Source: Eledone cirrhosa
Lineage: Eukaryota
Direction: 5' to 3'
DNA length: 64,000 nucleotides
NCBI GenBank assembly: GCA_964016885.1
Contig: OZ024743.1
Span: 80,042,001-80,106,000 of the forward strand
Positions 44,301 through 59,600 of the stretch are shown one piece after another. The notes under the pieces were generated by a model. That model was not told the DNA's origin. It saw only the letters and a program-made list of their open reading frames with translations, and ran no database searches. Made by a program: the position numbers and the translations under genes. Every line of letters begins with the position of its first letter. The first letter of the stretch is position 1.

Positions 44301-47300
44301 CTAGTGTGACACTCTACCTACACTGGGAATATAGAGATGACAGAATCTAGTGTGACACTCTACCTACACTGGGAATATAGAGATGACAGAATCTAGTGTG
44401 ACACTCTACCTACACTGGGGATATAGAGATGACAGAATCTAGTGTGACACTCTACCTACACTGGGAATATAAAGATGACAGAATCTAGTGTGACACTCTA
44501 CCTACACTGGGAATATAGAGATGACAGAATCTAGTGTGACACTCTACCTACACTGGGAATATAGAGATGACAGAATCTAGTGTGACACTCTACCTACACT
44601 GGGAATATAGAGATGACAGAATCTAGTGTGACACTCTACCTACCTACACTGGGAATATAAAGATGACAGAATCTAGTGTGACACTCTACCTACACTGGGA
44701 ATATAAAGATGACAGAATCTAGTGTGACACTCTACCTACACTGGGAATATAGAGATGACAGAATCTAGTGTGACACTCTACCTACACTGGGAATATAAAG
44801 ATGACAGAATCTAGTGTGACACTCTACCTCCCTACACTGGGAATATAAAGATGACAGAATCTAGTGTGACACTCTACCTACACTGGGAATATAGAGATGA
44901 CAGAATCTAGTGTGACACTCTACCTACCTACACTGGGAATATAAAGATGACAGAATCTAGTGTGACACTCTACCTCCCTACACTGGGAATATAGAGATGA
45001 CAGAATCTAGTGTGACACTCTACCTACCTACACTGGGAATATAGAGATGACAGAATCTAGTGTGACACTCTACCCACACTGGGAATATAGACATGACAGA
45101 ATCTAGTGTGACACTCTACCTACACTGGGAATATAGAGATGACAGAATCCAGTGTGACACTCTACCTACACTGGGAATATAGAGATGACAGAATCTAGTG
45201 TGACACTCTACCTACACTGGGAATATAGAGATGACAGAATCTAGTGTGACACTCTACCTCCCTACACTGGGAATATAGAGATGACAGCATCTAGTGTGAC
45301 ACTCTACCTCCACTGGGAATATAGAGATGACAGAATCTAGTGTGACACTCTACCTCCCTACACTGGGAATATAAAGATGACAGAATCTAGTGTGACACTC
45401 TACCTACACTGGGAATATAGAGATGACAGAATCTAGTGTGACACTCTACCTACACTGGGAATATAGAGATGACAGAATCTAGTGTGTCACTCTACCTACA
45501 CTGGGAATATAGAGATGACAGAATCTAGTGTGACACTCTACCTGCCGACACTGGGAATATAAAGATGACAGAATCTAGTGTGACACTCTACCTACACTGG
45601 GAATATAGAGATGACAGAATCTAGTGTGACACTCTACCTACACTGGGAATATAGAGATGACAGAATCTAGTGTGACACTCTACGTACACTGTGAATATAG
45701 AGAAGACAGAATCTAGTGTGACACTCTACCTACACTGGGAATATAGAGATGACAGAATCTAGCGTGACACTCTACCTCCCTACACTGGGAATATAGAGAT
45801 GACAGAATCTAGTGTGACACTCTACCTACACTGGGAATATAGAGATGACAGAATCTAGTGTGACACTCTACCTCCCTACACTGGGAATATAGAGATGACA
45901 GAATCTAGTGAGACACTCTACCTCCCTACACTGGGAATATAGAGATGACAGAATCTAGTGTGGCACTCTACCTCCCTACACTGGGAATATAGAGATGACA
46001 GAATCTAGTGTGACACTCTACCTCCCTACACTGGGAATATAGAGATGACAGAATCTAGTGTGACACTCTACCTCCCTACGCTGGGAATATAGAGATGACA
46101 GAATCTAGTGTGACACTCTACCTACACTGGGAATATAGTGATGACAGAATCTAGTGTGACACTCTACCTACACTGGGAATATAGAGATGACAGAATCTAG
46201 TGTGACACTCTACCTACACTGGGGATATAGAGATGACAGAATCTAGTGTGGCACTCTACCTCCCTACACTGGGAATATAGAGATGACATAATCTACTGTG
46301 ACACTCTACCTCCATACACTGGGAATATAGAGATGACAGAATCTAGTGTGATACTCTACCTACACTGGGAATATAGAGATGACAGAATCTAGTGTGACAC
46401 TCTACCTACACTGGGAATATAGAGATGACAGAATCTAGTGTGATACTCTACCTACACTGGGAATATAGAGATGACAGAATCTAGTGTGACACTCTACCTC
46501 CCTACACTGGGAATATAGAGATGACAGAATTTAGTGTGACACTCTACCTACACTGGGAATATAGAGATGACAGAATCTAGTGTGACACTCTACCTACACT
46601 GGGAATATAGAGATGACAGAATCTAGTGTGACACTCTACCTACACTGGGAATATAGAGATGACAGAATCTAGTGTGACACTCTACCTCCCTACACTGGGA
46701 ATATAGAGATGACAGAATCTAGTGTGACACTCTACATCCCTACACTGGGAATATTGAGATGACAGAATCTAGTGTGGAACTCTAGCTACACTGGGAATAT
46801 AGAGATGACAGAATCTAGTGTGACACTCTACCTACACTGGGAATATAGAGATGACAGAATCTAGTGTGACACTCTACCTCCCTACAGTGGGAATATAGAG
46901 ATGACAGAATCTAGTGTGACACTCTACCTCCCTACACTGGGAATATAGAGATGACAGAATCTAGTGAGACACTCTACCTACCTACACTGTGAATATAGAG
47001 ATGACAAAATCTATTGTGACACTGTAGCTACACTGGGAATATAGAGATGACAGAATCTAGTGTGACACTCTACCTACCTACACTGTGAATATAGAGATGA
47101 CAGAATCTAGTGTGACACTACCTCCCTACACTGGGAATATAGAGATGACATAATCTAGTGTGACACTCTACCTACACTGGGAATATAGAGATGACAGAAT
47201 CTAGTGTGACACTCTACCTACACTGGGAATATAGAGATGACAGAATCTAGTGTGACACTACCTCCCTACACTGGGAATATAGAGATGACATAATCTAGTG

Positions 47301-48480
47301 TGACACTCTACCTACACTGGGAATATAGAGATGACAGAATCTAGTGTGACACTCTACCTACACTGGGAATATAGAGATGACAGAATCTAGTGTGACACTC
47401 TACCTACACTGGGAATATAGAGATGACAGAATCTAGTGTGACACTCTACCTACACTGGGAATATAAAGATGACAGAATCTAGTGTGACACTCTACCTACA
47501 CTGGGAATATAGAGATGACAGAATCTAGTGTGACACTCTACCTACACTGGGAATATAGAGATGACAGAATCTAGTGTGACACTCTACCTACACTGGGAAT
47601 ATAGAGATGACAGAATCTAGTGTGACACTCTACCTCCCTACACTGGGAATATAAAGATGACAGAATCTAATGTGACACTCTACCTACACTGGGAATATAG
47701 AGATGACAGAATCTAGTGTGACACTCTACCTTCCTACACTGGGAATATAGAGATGACAGAATCTAGTGTGACACTCTACCTACACTGGGAATATAGAGAT
47801 GACAGAATCTAGTGTGACACTCTACCTACACTGGGAATATAGAGATGACAGAATCTAGTGTGACACTCTACCTACCTAAACTGGGAATATAAAGATGACA
47901 GAATCTAGTGTGACACTCTACCTACACTGGGAATATAGAGATGACAGAATCTAGTGTGACACTCTACCTACCTACACTGGGAATATAGAGATGACAGAAT
48001 CTAGTGTGACACTCTACCTACCTACACTGGGAATATAAAGATGACAGAATCTAGTGTGACACTCTACCTCCCTACACTGGGAATATAGAGATGCCAGAAT
48101 CTAGTGTGACACTCTACCCACACTGGGAATATAGAGATGACAGAATCTAGTGTGACACTCTACCCACACTGGGAATATAGAGATGACAGAATCTAGTGTG
48201 ACACTCTACCTACACTGGGAATATAGAGATGACAGAATCCAGTGTGACACTCTACCTACACTGGGAATATAGAGATGACAGAATCTAGTGTGACACTCTA
48301 CCTCCCAACACTGGGAATATAGAGATGACAGAATCTAGTGTGACACTCTACCTACACTGGGAATATAGAGATGACAGAATCCAGTGTGACACTCTACCTA
48401 CACTGGGAATATAAAGATGACAGAATCTAGTGTGACACTCTACCTACACTGGGAATATAGAGATGACAGAATCTAGTGTG
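38450..48480. repeat. ~4.5 kb block repeated at offset 5502 bp
   Basis: ACTGAGAA 38492/43994, GCCGAC 40042/45544, GACAAAATCT 41501/47003, GCCAGAAT 42591/48093. Confidence 0.9.
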
Positions 48481-51400
48481 ACACTCTACCTCCCTACACT
48501 GGGAATATAGAGATGACAGCATCTAGTGTGACACTCTACCTCCACTGGGAATATAGAGATGACAGAATCTAGTGTGACACTCTACCTCCCTACACTGGGA
48601 ATATAAAGATGACAGAATCTAGTGTGTCACTCTACCTACACTGGGAATATAGAGATGACAGAATCTAGTGTGACACTCTACCTCCCTACACTGGGAATAT
48701 AAAGATGACAGAATCTAGTGTGACACTCTACCTACACTGGGAATATAGAGATGACAGAATCTAGTGTGACACTCTACCTACACTGGGAATATAGAAATGA
48801 CAGAATCTAGTGTGACACTCTACCTACACTGGGAATATAGAGATGACAGAATCTAGTGTGACACTCTACCTACACTGTGAATATAGAGAAGACAGAATCT
48901 AGTGTGACACTCTACCTACACTGGGAATATAGAGATGACAGAATCTAGCGTGACACTCTACCTCCCTACACTGGGAATATAGAGATGACAGAATCTAGTG
49001 TGACACTCTACCTACACTGGGAATATAGAGATGACAGAATCTAGTGTGACACTCTACCTACACTGGGAATATAGAGATGACAGAATCTAGTGTGACACTC
49101 TACCTCCCTACACTGGGAATATAGAGATGACAGAATCTAGTGAGACACTCTACCTCCCTACACTGGGAATATAGAGATGACAGAATCTAGTGTGGCACTC
49201 TACCTCCCTACACTGGGAATATAGAGATGACAGAATCTAGTGTGACACTCTACCTCCCTACACTGGGAATATAGAGATGACAGAATCTAGTGTGGCACTC
49301 TACCTCCCTACACTGGGAATATAGAGATGACAGAATCTAGTGTGACACTCTACCTCCCTACGCTGGGAATATAGAGATGACAGAATCTAGTGAGACACTC
49401 TACCTCCCTACACTGGGAATATAGAGATGACAGAATCTAGTGTGGCACTCTACCTCCCTACACTGGGAATATAGAGATGACAGAATCTAGTGAGACACTC
49501 TACCTCCCTACACTGGGAATATAGAGATGACAGAATCTAGTGTGGCACTCTACCTCCCTACACTGGAAATATAGAGATGACAGAATCTAATGTGACACTC
49601 TACCTACACTGGGAATATAGAGATGACAGAATCTAGTGTGACACTCTACCTTCCTACACTGGGAATATAGAGATGACAGAATCTAGTGTGACACTCTACC
49701 TACACTGGGAATATAGAGATGACAGAATCTAGTGTGACACTCTACCTACACTGGGAATATAGAGATGACAGAATCTAGTGTGACACTCTACCTCCCTACA
49801 CTGGGAATATAAAGATGACAGAATCTAATGTGACACTCTACCTACACTGGGAATATAGAGATGACAGAATCTAGTGTGACACTCTACCTTCCTACACTGG
49901 GAATATAGAGATGACAGAATCTAGTGTGACACTCTACCTACACTGGGAATATAGAGATGACAGAATCTAGTGTGACACTCTACCTACACTGGGAATATAG
50001 AGATGACAGAATCTAGTGTGACACTCTACCTACCTAAACTGGGAATATAAAGATGACAGAATCTAGTGTGACACTCTACCTACACTGGGAATATAGAGAT
50101 GACAGAATCTAGTGTGATACTCTACCTACCTACACTGGGAATATAGAGATGACAGAATCTAGTGTGACACTCTACCTACCTACACTGGGAATATAAAGAT
50201 GACAGAATCTAGTGTGACACTCTACCTCCCTACACTGGGAATATAGAGATGCCAGAATCTAGTGTGACACTCTACCCACACTGGGAATATAGAGATGACA
50301 GAATCTAGTGTGACACTCTACCCACACTGGGAATATAGAGATGACAGAATCTAGTGTGACACTCTACCTACACTGGGAATATAGAGATGACAGAATCCAG
50401 TGTGACACTCTACCTACACTGGGAATATAGAGATGACAGAATCTAGTGTGACACTCTACCTCCCAACACTGGGAATATAGAGATGACAGAATCTAGTGTG
50501 ACACTCTACCTACACTGGGAATATAGAGATGACAGAATCTAGTGTGACACTCTACCTACACTGGGAATATAGAGATGACAGAATCTAGTGTGTCACTCTA
50601 CCTACACTGGGAATATAGAGATGACAGAATCTAGTGTGACACTCTACCTGCCGACACTGGGAATATAAAGATGACAGAATCTAGTGTGACACTCTACCTA
50701 CACTGGGAATATAGAGATGACAGAATCTAGTGTGACACTCTACCTACACTGGGAATATAGAGATGACAGAATCTAGTGTGACACTCTACGTACACTGTGA
50801 ATATAGAGAAGACAGAATCTAGTGTGACACTCTACCTACACTGGGAATATAGAGATGACAGAATCTAGCGTGACACTCTACCTCCCTACACTGGGAATAT
50901 AGAGATGACAGAATCTAGTGTGACACTCTACCTACACTGGGAATATAAAGATGACAGAATCTAGTGTGACACTCTACCTCCCTACACTGGGAATATAGAG
51001 ATGACAGAATCTAGTGAGACACTCTACCTCCCTACACTGGGAATATAGAGATGACAGAATCTAGTGTGGCACTCTACCTCCCTACACTGGGAATATAGAG
51101 ATGACAGAATCTAGTGTGACACTCTACCTCCCTACACTGGGAATATAGAGATGACAGAATCTAGTGTGACACTCTACCTCCCTACGCTGGGAATATAGAG
51201 ATGACAGAATCTAGTGTGACACTCTACCTACACTGGGAATATAGTGATGACAGAATCTAGTGTGACACTCTACCTACACTGGGAATATAGAGATGACAGA
51301 ATCTAGTGTGACACTCTACCTACACTGGGGATATAGAGATGACAGAATCTAGTGTGGCACTCTACCTCCCTACACTGGGAATATAGAGATGACATAATCT

Positions 51401-54400
51401 ACTGTGACACTCTACCTCCATACACTGGGAATATAGAGATGACAGAATCTAGTGTGATACTCTACCTACACTGGGAATATAGAGATGACAGAATCTAGTG
51501 TGACACTCTACCTACACTGGGAATATAGAGATGACAGAATCTAGTGTGATACTCTACCTACACTGGGAATATAGAGATGACAGAATCTAGTGTGACACTC
51601 TACCTCCCTACACTGGGAATATAGAGATGACAGAATTTAGTGTGACACTCTACCTACACTGGGAATATAGAGATGACAGAATCTAGTGTGACACTCTACC
51701 TACACTGGGAATATAGAGATGACAGAATCTAGTGTGACACTCTACCTACACTGGGAATATAGAGATGACAGAATCTAGTGTGACACTCTACCTCCCTACA
51801 CTGGGAATATAGAGATGACAGAATCTAGTGTGACACTCTACATCCCTACACTGGGAATATTGAGATGACAGAATCTAGTGTGGAACTCTAGCTACACTGG
51901 GAATATAGAGATGACAGAATCTAGTGTGACACTCTACCTACACTGGGAATATAGAGATGACAGAATCTAGTGTGACACTCTACCTCCCTACAGTGGGAAT
52001 ATAGAGATGACAGAATCTAGTGTGACACTCTACCTCCCTACACTGGGAATATAGAGATGACAGAATCTAGTGAGACACTCTACCTACCTACACTGTGAAT
52101 ATAGAGATGACAAAATCTATTGTGACACTGTAGCTACACTGGGAATATAGAGATGACAGAATCTAGTGTGACACTCTACCTACCTACACTGTGAATATAG
52201 AGATGACAGAATCTAGTGTGACACTACCTCCCTACACTGGGAATATAGAGATGACATAATCTAGTGTGACACTCTACCTACACTGGGAATATAGAGATGA
52301 CAGAATCTAGTGTGACACTCTACCTACACTGGGAATATAGAGATGACAGAATCTAGTGTGACACTACCTCCCTACACTGGGAATATAGAGATGACATAAT
52401 CTAGTGTGACACTCTACCTACACTGGGAATATAGAGATGACAGAATCTAGTGTGACACTCTACCTACACTGGGAATATAGAGATGACAGAATCTAGTGTG
52501 ACACTCTACCTACACTGGGAATATAGAGATGACAGAATCTAGTGTGACACTCTACCTACACTGGGAATATAAAGATGACAGAATCTAGTGTGACACTCTA
52601 CCTACACTGGGAATATAGAGATGACAGAATCTAGTGTGACACTCTACCTACACTGGGAATATAGAGATGACAGAATCTAGTGTGACACTCTACCTACACT
52701 GGGAATATAGAGATGACAGAATCTAGTGTGACACTCTACCTCCCTACACTGGGAATATAAAGATGACAGAATCTAATGTGACACTCTACCTACACTGGGA
52801 ATATAGAGATGACAGAATCTAGTGTGACACTCTACCTTCCTACACTGGGAATATAGAGATGACAGAATCTAGTGTGACACTCTACCTACACTGGGAATAT
52901 AGAGATGACAGAATCTAGTGTGACACTCTACCTACACTGGGAATATAGAGATGACAGAATCTAGTGTGACACTCTACCTACCTAAACTGGGAATATAAAG
53001 ATGACAGAATCTAGTGTGACACTCTACCTACACTGGGAATATAGAGATGACAGAATCTAGTGTGACACTCTACCTACCTACACTGGGAATATAGAGATGA
53101 CAGAATCTAGTGTGACACTCTACCTACCTACACTGGGAATATAAAGATGACAGAATCTAGTGTGACACTCTACCTCCCTACACTGGGAATATAGAGATGC
53201 CAGAATCTAGTGTGACACTCTACCCACACTGGGAATATAGAGATGACAGAATCTAGTGTGACACTCTACCCACACTGGGAATATAGAGATGACAGAATCT
53301 AGTGTGACACTCTACCTACACTGGGAATATAGAGATGACAGAATCCAGTGTGACACTCTACCTACACTGGGAATATAGAGATGACAGAATCTAGTGTGAC
53401 ACTCTACCTCCCAACACTGGGAATATAGAGATGACAGAATCTAGTGTGACACTCTACCTACACTGGGAATATAGAGATGACAGAATCCAGTGTGACACTC
53501 TACCTACACTGGGAATATAAAGATGACAGAATCTAGTGTGACACTCTACCTACACTGGGAATATAGAGATGACAGAATCTAGTGTGACACTCTACCTCCC
53601 TACACTGGGAATATAGAGATGACAGCATCTAGTGTGACACTCTACCTCCACTGGGAATATAGAGATGACAGAATCTAGTGTGACACTCTACCTCCCTACA
53701 CTGGGAATATAAAGATGACAGAATCTAGTGTGTCACTCTACCTACACTGGGAATATAGAGATGACAGAATCTAGTGTGACACTCTACCTCCCTACACTGG
53801 GAATATAAAGATGACAGAATCTAGTGTGACACTCTACCTACACTGGGAATATAGAGATGACAGAATCTAGTGTGACACTCTACCTACACTGGGAATATAG
53901 AAATGACAGAATCTAGTGTGACACTCTACCTACACTGGGAATATAGAGATGACAGAATCTAGTGTGACACTCTACCTACACTGTGAATATAGAGAAGACA
54001 GAATCTAGTGTGACACTCTACCTACACTGGGAATATAGAGATGACAGAATCTAGCGTGACACTCTACCTCCCTACACTGGGAATATAGAGATGACAGAAT
54101 CTAGTGTGACACTCTACCTACACTGGGAATATAGAGATGACAGAATCTAGTGTGACACTCTACCTACACTGGGAATATAGAGATGACAGAATCTAGTGTG
54201 ACACTCTACCTCCCTACACTGGGAATATAGAGATGACAGAATCTAGTGAGACACTCTACCTCCCTACACTGGGAATATAGAGATGACAGAATCTAGTGTG
54301 GCACTCTACCTCCCTACACTGGGAATATAGAGATGACAGAATCTAGTGTGACACTCTACCTCCCTACACTGGGAATATAGAGATGACAGAATCTAGTGTG

Positions 54401-55620
54401 GCACTCTACCTCCCTACACTGGGAATATAGAGATGACAGAATCTAGTGTGACACTCTACCTCCCTACGCTGGGAATATAGAGATGACAGAATCTAGTGAG
54501 ACACTCTACCTCCCTACACTGGGAATATAGAGATGACAGAATCTAGTGTGGCACTCTACCTCCCTACACTGGGAATATAGAGATGACAGAATCTAGTGAG
54601 ACACTCTACCTCCCTACACTGGGAATATAGAGATGACAGAATCTAGTGTGGCACTCTACCTCCCTACACTGGAAATATAGAGATGACAGAATCTAATGTG
54701 ACACTCTACCTACACTGGGAATATAGAGATGACAGAATCTAGTGTGACACTCTACCTTCCTACACTGGGAATATAGAGATGACAGAATCTAGTGTGACAC
54801 TCTACCTACACTGGGAATATAGAGATGACAGAATCTAGTGTGACACTCTACCTACACTGGGAATATAGAGATGACAGAATCTAGTGTGACACTCTACCTC
54901 CCTACACTGGGAATATAAAGATGACAGAATCTAATGTGACACTCTACCTACACTGGGAATATAGAGATGACAGAATCTAGTGTGACACTCTACCTTCCTA
55001 CACTGGGAATATAGAGATGACAGAATCTAGTGTGACACTCTACCTACACTGGGAATATAGAGATGACAGAATCTAGTGTGACACTCTACCTACACTGGGA
55101 ATATAGAGATGACAGAATCTAGTGTGACACTCTACCTACCTAAACTGGGAATATAAAGATGACAGAATCTAGTGTGACACTCTACCTACACTGGGAATAT
55201 AGAGATGACAGAATCTAGTGTGATACTCTACCTACCTACACTGGGAATATAGAGATGACAGAATCTAGTGTGACACTCTACCTACCTACACTGGGAATAT
55301 AAAGATGACAGAATCTAGTGTGACACTCTACCTCCCTACACTGGGAATATAGAGATGCCAGAATCTAGTGTGACACTCTACCCACACTGGGAATATAGAG
55401 ATGACAGAATCTAGTGTGACACTCTACCCACACTGGGAATATAGAGATGACAGAATCTAGTGTGACACTCTACCTACACTGGGAATATAGAGATGACAGA
55501 ATCCAGTGTGACACTCTACCTACACTGGGAATATAGAGATGACAGAATCTAGTGTGACACTCTACCTCCCAACACTGGGAATATAGAGATGACAGAATCT
55601 AGTGTGACACTCTACCTACA
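45400..55620. repeat. Two-copy tandem duplication, period 5106 bp
   Basis: GCCGAC 45544/50650, GTGGAAC 46774/51880, GACAAAATCT 47003/52109, GCCAGAAT 48093/53199 and 50251/55357. Confidence 0.92.
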
Positions 55621-56620
55621 CTGGGAATATAGAGATGACAGAATCCAGTGTGACACTCTACCTACACTGGGAATATAAAGATGACAGAATCTAGTGTGAC
55701 ACTCTACCTACACTGGGAATATAGAGATGACAGAATCTAGTGTGACACTCTACCTCCCTACACTGGGAATATAGAGATGACAGCATCTAGTGTGACACTC
55801 TACCTCCACTGGGAATATAGAGATGACAGAATCTAGTGTGACACTCTACCTCCCTACACTGGGAATATAAAGATGACAGAATCTAGTGTGTCACTCTACC
55901 TACACTGGGAATATAGAGATGACAGAATCTAGTGTGACACTCTACCTCCCTACACTGGGAATATAAAGATGACAGAATCTAGTGTGACACTCTACCTACA
56001 CTGGGAATATAGAGATGACAGAATCTAGTGTGACACTCTACCTACACTGGGAATATAGAAATGACAGAATCTAGTGTGACACTCTACCTACACTGGGAAT
56101 ATAGAGATGACAGAATCTAGTGTGACACTCTACCTACACTGTGAATATAGAGAAGACAGAATCTAGTGTGACACTCTACCTACACTGGGAATATAGAGAT
56201 GACAGAATCTAGCGTGACACTCTACCTCCCTACACTGGGAATATAGAGATGACAGAATCTAGTGTGACACTCTACCTACACTGGGAATATAGAGACGACA
56301 GAATCTAGTGTGACACTCTACCTACACTGGGAATATAGAGATGACAGAATCTAGTGTGACACTCTACCTCCCTACACTGGGAATATAGAGATGACAGAAT
56401 CTAGTGAGACACTCTACCTCCCTACACTGGGAATATAGAGATGACAGAATCTAGTGTGGCACTCTACCTCCCTACACTGGGAATATAGAGATGACAGAAT
56501 CTAGTGTGACACTCTACCTCCCTACACTGGGAATATAGAGATGACAGAATCTAGTGTGGCACTCTACCTCCCTACACTGGGAATATAGAGATGACAGAAT
56601 CTAGTGTGACACTCTACCTC
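52670..56620. repeat. Tandem duplication, period 2158 bp (partial counterpart at about 47.6-50.5 kb)
   Basis: CCTAAACT 52981/55139, GCCAGAAT 53199/55357, CTGTGAAT 53981/56139. Confidence 0.87.
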
Positions 56621-59600
56621 CCTACGCTGGGAATATAGAGATGACAGAATCTAGTGTGACACTCTACCTCCCTACGCTGGGAATATAGAGATGACAGAAT
56701 CTAGTGAGACACTCTACCTCCCTACACTGGGAATATAGAGATGACAGAATCTAGTGTGGCACTCTACCTCCCTACACTGGGAATATAGAGATGACAGAAT
56801 CTAGTGAGACACTCTACCTCCCTACACTGGGAATATAGAGATGACAGAATCTAGTGTGGCACTCTACCTCCCTACACTGGAAATATAGAGATGACAGAAT
56901 CTAGTGTGACACTCTACCTCCCTACGCTGGGAATATAGAGATGACAGAATCTAGTGTGACACTCTACCTACACTGGGAATATAGTGATGACAGAATCTAG
57001 TGTGACACTCTACCTACACTGGGAATATAGAGATGACAGAATCTAGTGTGACACTCTACCTACACTGGGGATATAGAGATGACAGAATCTAGTGTGGCAC
57101 TCTACCTCCCTACACTGGGAATATAGAGATGACATAATCTACTGTTACACTCTACCTCCATACACTGGGAATATAGAGATGACAGAATCTAGTGTGATAC
57201 TCTACCTACACTGGGAATATAGAGATGACAGAATCTAGTGTGACACTCTACCTACACTGGGAATATAGAGATGACAGAATTTAGTGTGACACTCTACCTA
57301 CACTGGGAATATAGAGATGACAGAATTTAGTGTGACACTCTACCTACACTGGGAATATAGAGATGACAGAATCTAGTGTGACACTCTACCTACACTGGGA
57401 ATATAGAGATGACAGAATCTAGTGTGACACTCTACCTCCCTACACTGGGAATATAGAGATGACAGAATCTAGTGTGACACTCTACCTCCCTACACTGGGA
57501 ATATAGAGATGACAGAATGTAGTGTGACACTCTACCTACCTACACTGTGAATATAGAGATGACAAAATCTATTGTGACACTGTAGCTACACTGGGAATAT
57601 AGAGATGACAGAATCTAGTGTGACACTCTACCTACACTGGGAATATAGAGATGACAGAATCTAGTGTGACACTACCTCCCTACACTGGGAATATAGAGAT
57701 GACATAATCTAGTGTGACACTCTACCTACACTGGGAATATAGAGATGACAGAATCTAGTGTGACACTCTACCTACACTGGGAATATAGAGATGACAGAAT
57801 CTAGTGTGACACTCTACCTCCCTACACTGGGAATATAAAGATGACAGAATCTAATGTGACACTCTACCTACAATGAGAATATAGAGATGACAGAATCTAG
57901 TGTGACACTCTACCTACACTGGGAATATAGAGATGACAGAATCTAGTGTGACACTCTACCTACACTGGGAATATAGAGATGACAGAATCTAGTGTGACAC
58001 TCTACCTCCCTACACTGGGAATATAAAGATGACAGAATCTAGTGTGACACTCTACCTACACTGGGAATATAAAGATGACAGAATCTAGTGTGACACTCTA
58101 CCTCCCTACACTGGGAATATAGAGATGACAGAATCTAGTGTCACACTCTACCTTCCTACACTGGGAATATAGAGATGACAGAATTTAGTGTGACACTCTA
58201 CCTACACTGGGAATATAGAGATGACAGAATCTAGTGTGACACTCTACCTACACTGGGAATATAAAGATGACAGAATCTAGTGTGACACTCTACCTACCTA
58301 CACTGGGAATATAGAGATGACAGAATCTAGTGTGACACTCTACCTACACTGGGAATATAAAGATGACAGAATCTAGTGTGACACTCTACCTCCCTACACT
58401 GGGAATATAAAGATGACAGAATCTAGTGTGACACTCTACCTCCCTACACTGGGAATATAGAGATGGCAGCATCTAGTGTGACACTCTACCTCCACTGGGA
58501 ATATAGAGATGACAGAATCTAGTGTGACACTCTACCTACACTGGGAATATAGAGATGACAGAATCTAGTGTGACACTCTACCTACCTACACTGGGAATAT
58601 AGAGATGACAGAATCTAGTGTGACACTCTACCCACACTGGGAATATAGAGATGACAGAATCTAGTGTGACACTCTACCTACACTGGGAATATAGAGATGA
58701 CAGAATCTAGTGTGACACTCTACCTTCCTACACTGGGAATATAGAGATGACAGAATCTAGTGTGACACTATACCTACACTGGGAATATAGAGATGACAGC
58801 ATCTAGTGTGACACTCTACCTACCTACACTGGGAATATAGAGATGACAGAATCTAGTGTGATACTCTACCCACACTGGGAATATAGAGATGACAGAATCT
58901 AGTGTAACACTCTACCTACACTGGGAATATAAAGATGACAGAATCTAGTGTGACACTCTACCTACACTGGGAATATAGAGATGACAGAATCTAGTGTGAC
59001 ACTCTACCTACACTGGGAATATAGAGATGACAGAATCTAGTGTGACACTCTACCTCCCTACACTGGGAATATAGAGATGGCAGCATCTAGTGTGACACTC
59101 TACCTCCACTGGGAATATAGAGATGACAGAATCTAGTGTGACACTCTACCTCCCTACACTGGGAATATAAAGATGACAGAATCTAGTGTGACACTCTACC
59201 TACACTGGGAATATAGAGATGACAGAATCTAGTGTGACACTCTACCTACACTGGGAATATAGAGATGACAGAATCTAGTGTGACACTCTACCTACACTGT
59301 GAATATAGAGAAGACAGAATCTAGTGTGACACTCTACCTACACTGGGAATATAGAGATGACAGAATCTAGCGTGACACTCTACCTCCCTACACTCGGAAT
59401 ATAGAGATGACAGAATCTAGTGTGACACTCTACCTACACTGGGAATATAGAGATGACAGAATCTAGTGTGACACTCTACCTACACTGGGAATATAGAGAT
59501 GACAGAATCTAGTGTGACACTCTACCTCCCTACACTGGGAATATAGAGATGACAGAATCTAGTGAGACACTCTACCTCCCTACACTGGGAATATAGAGAT

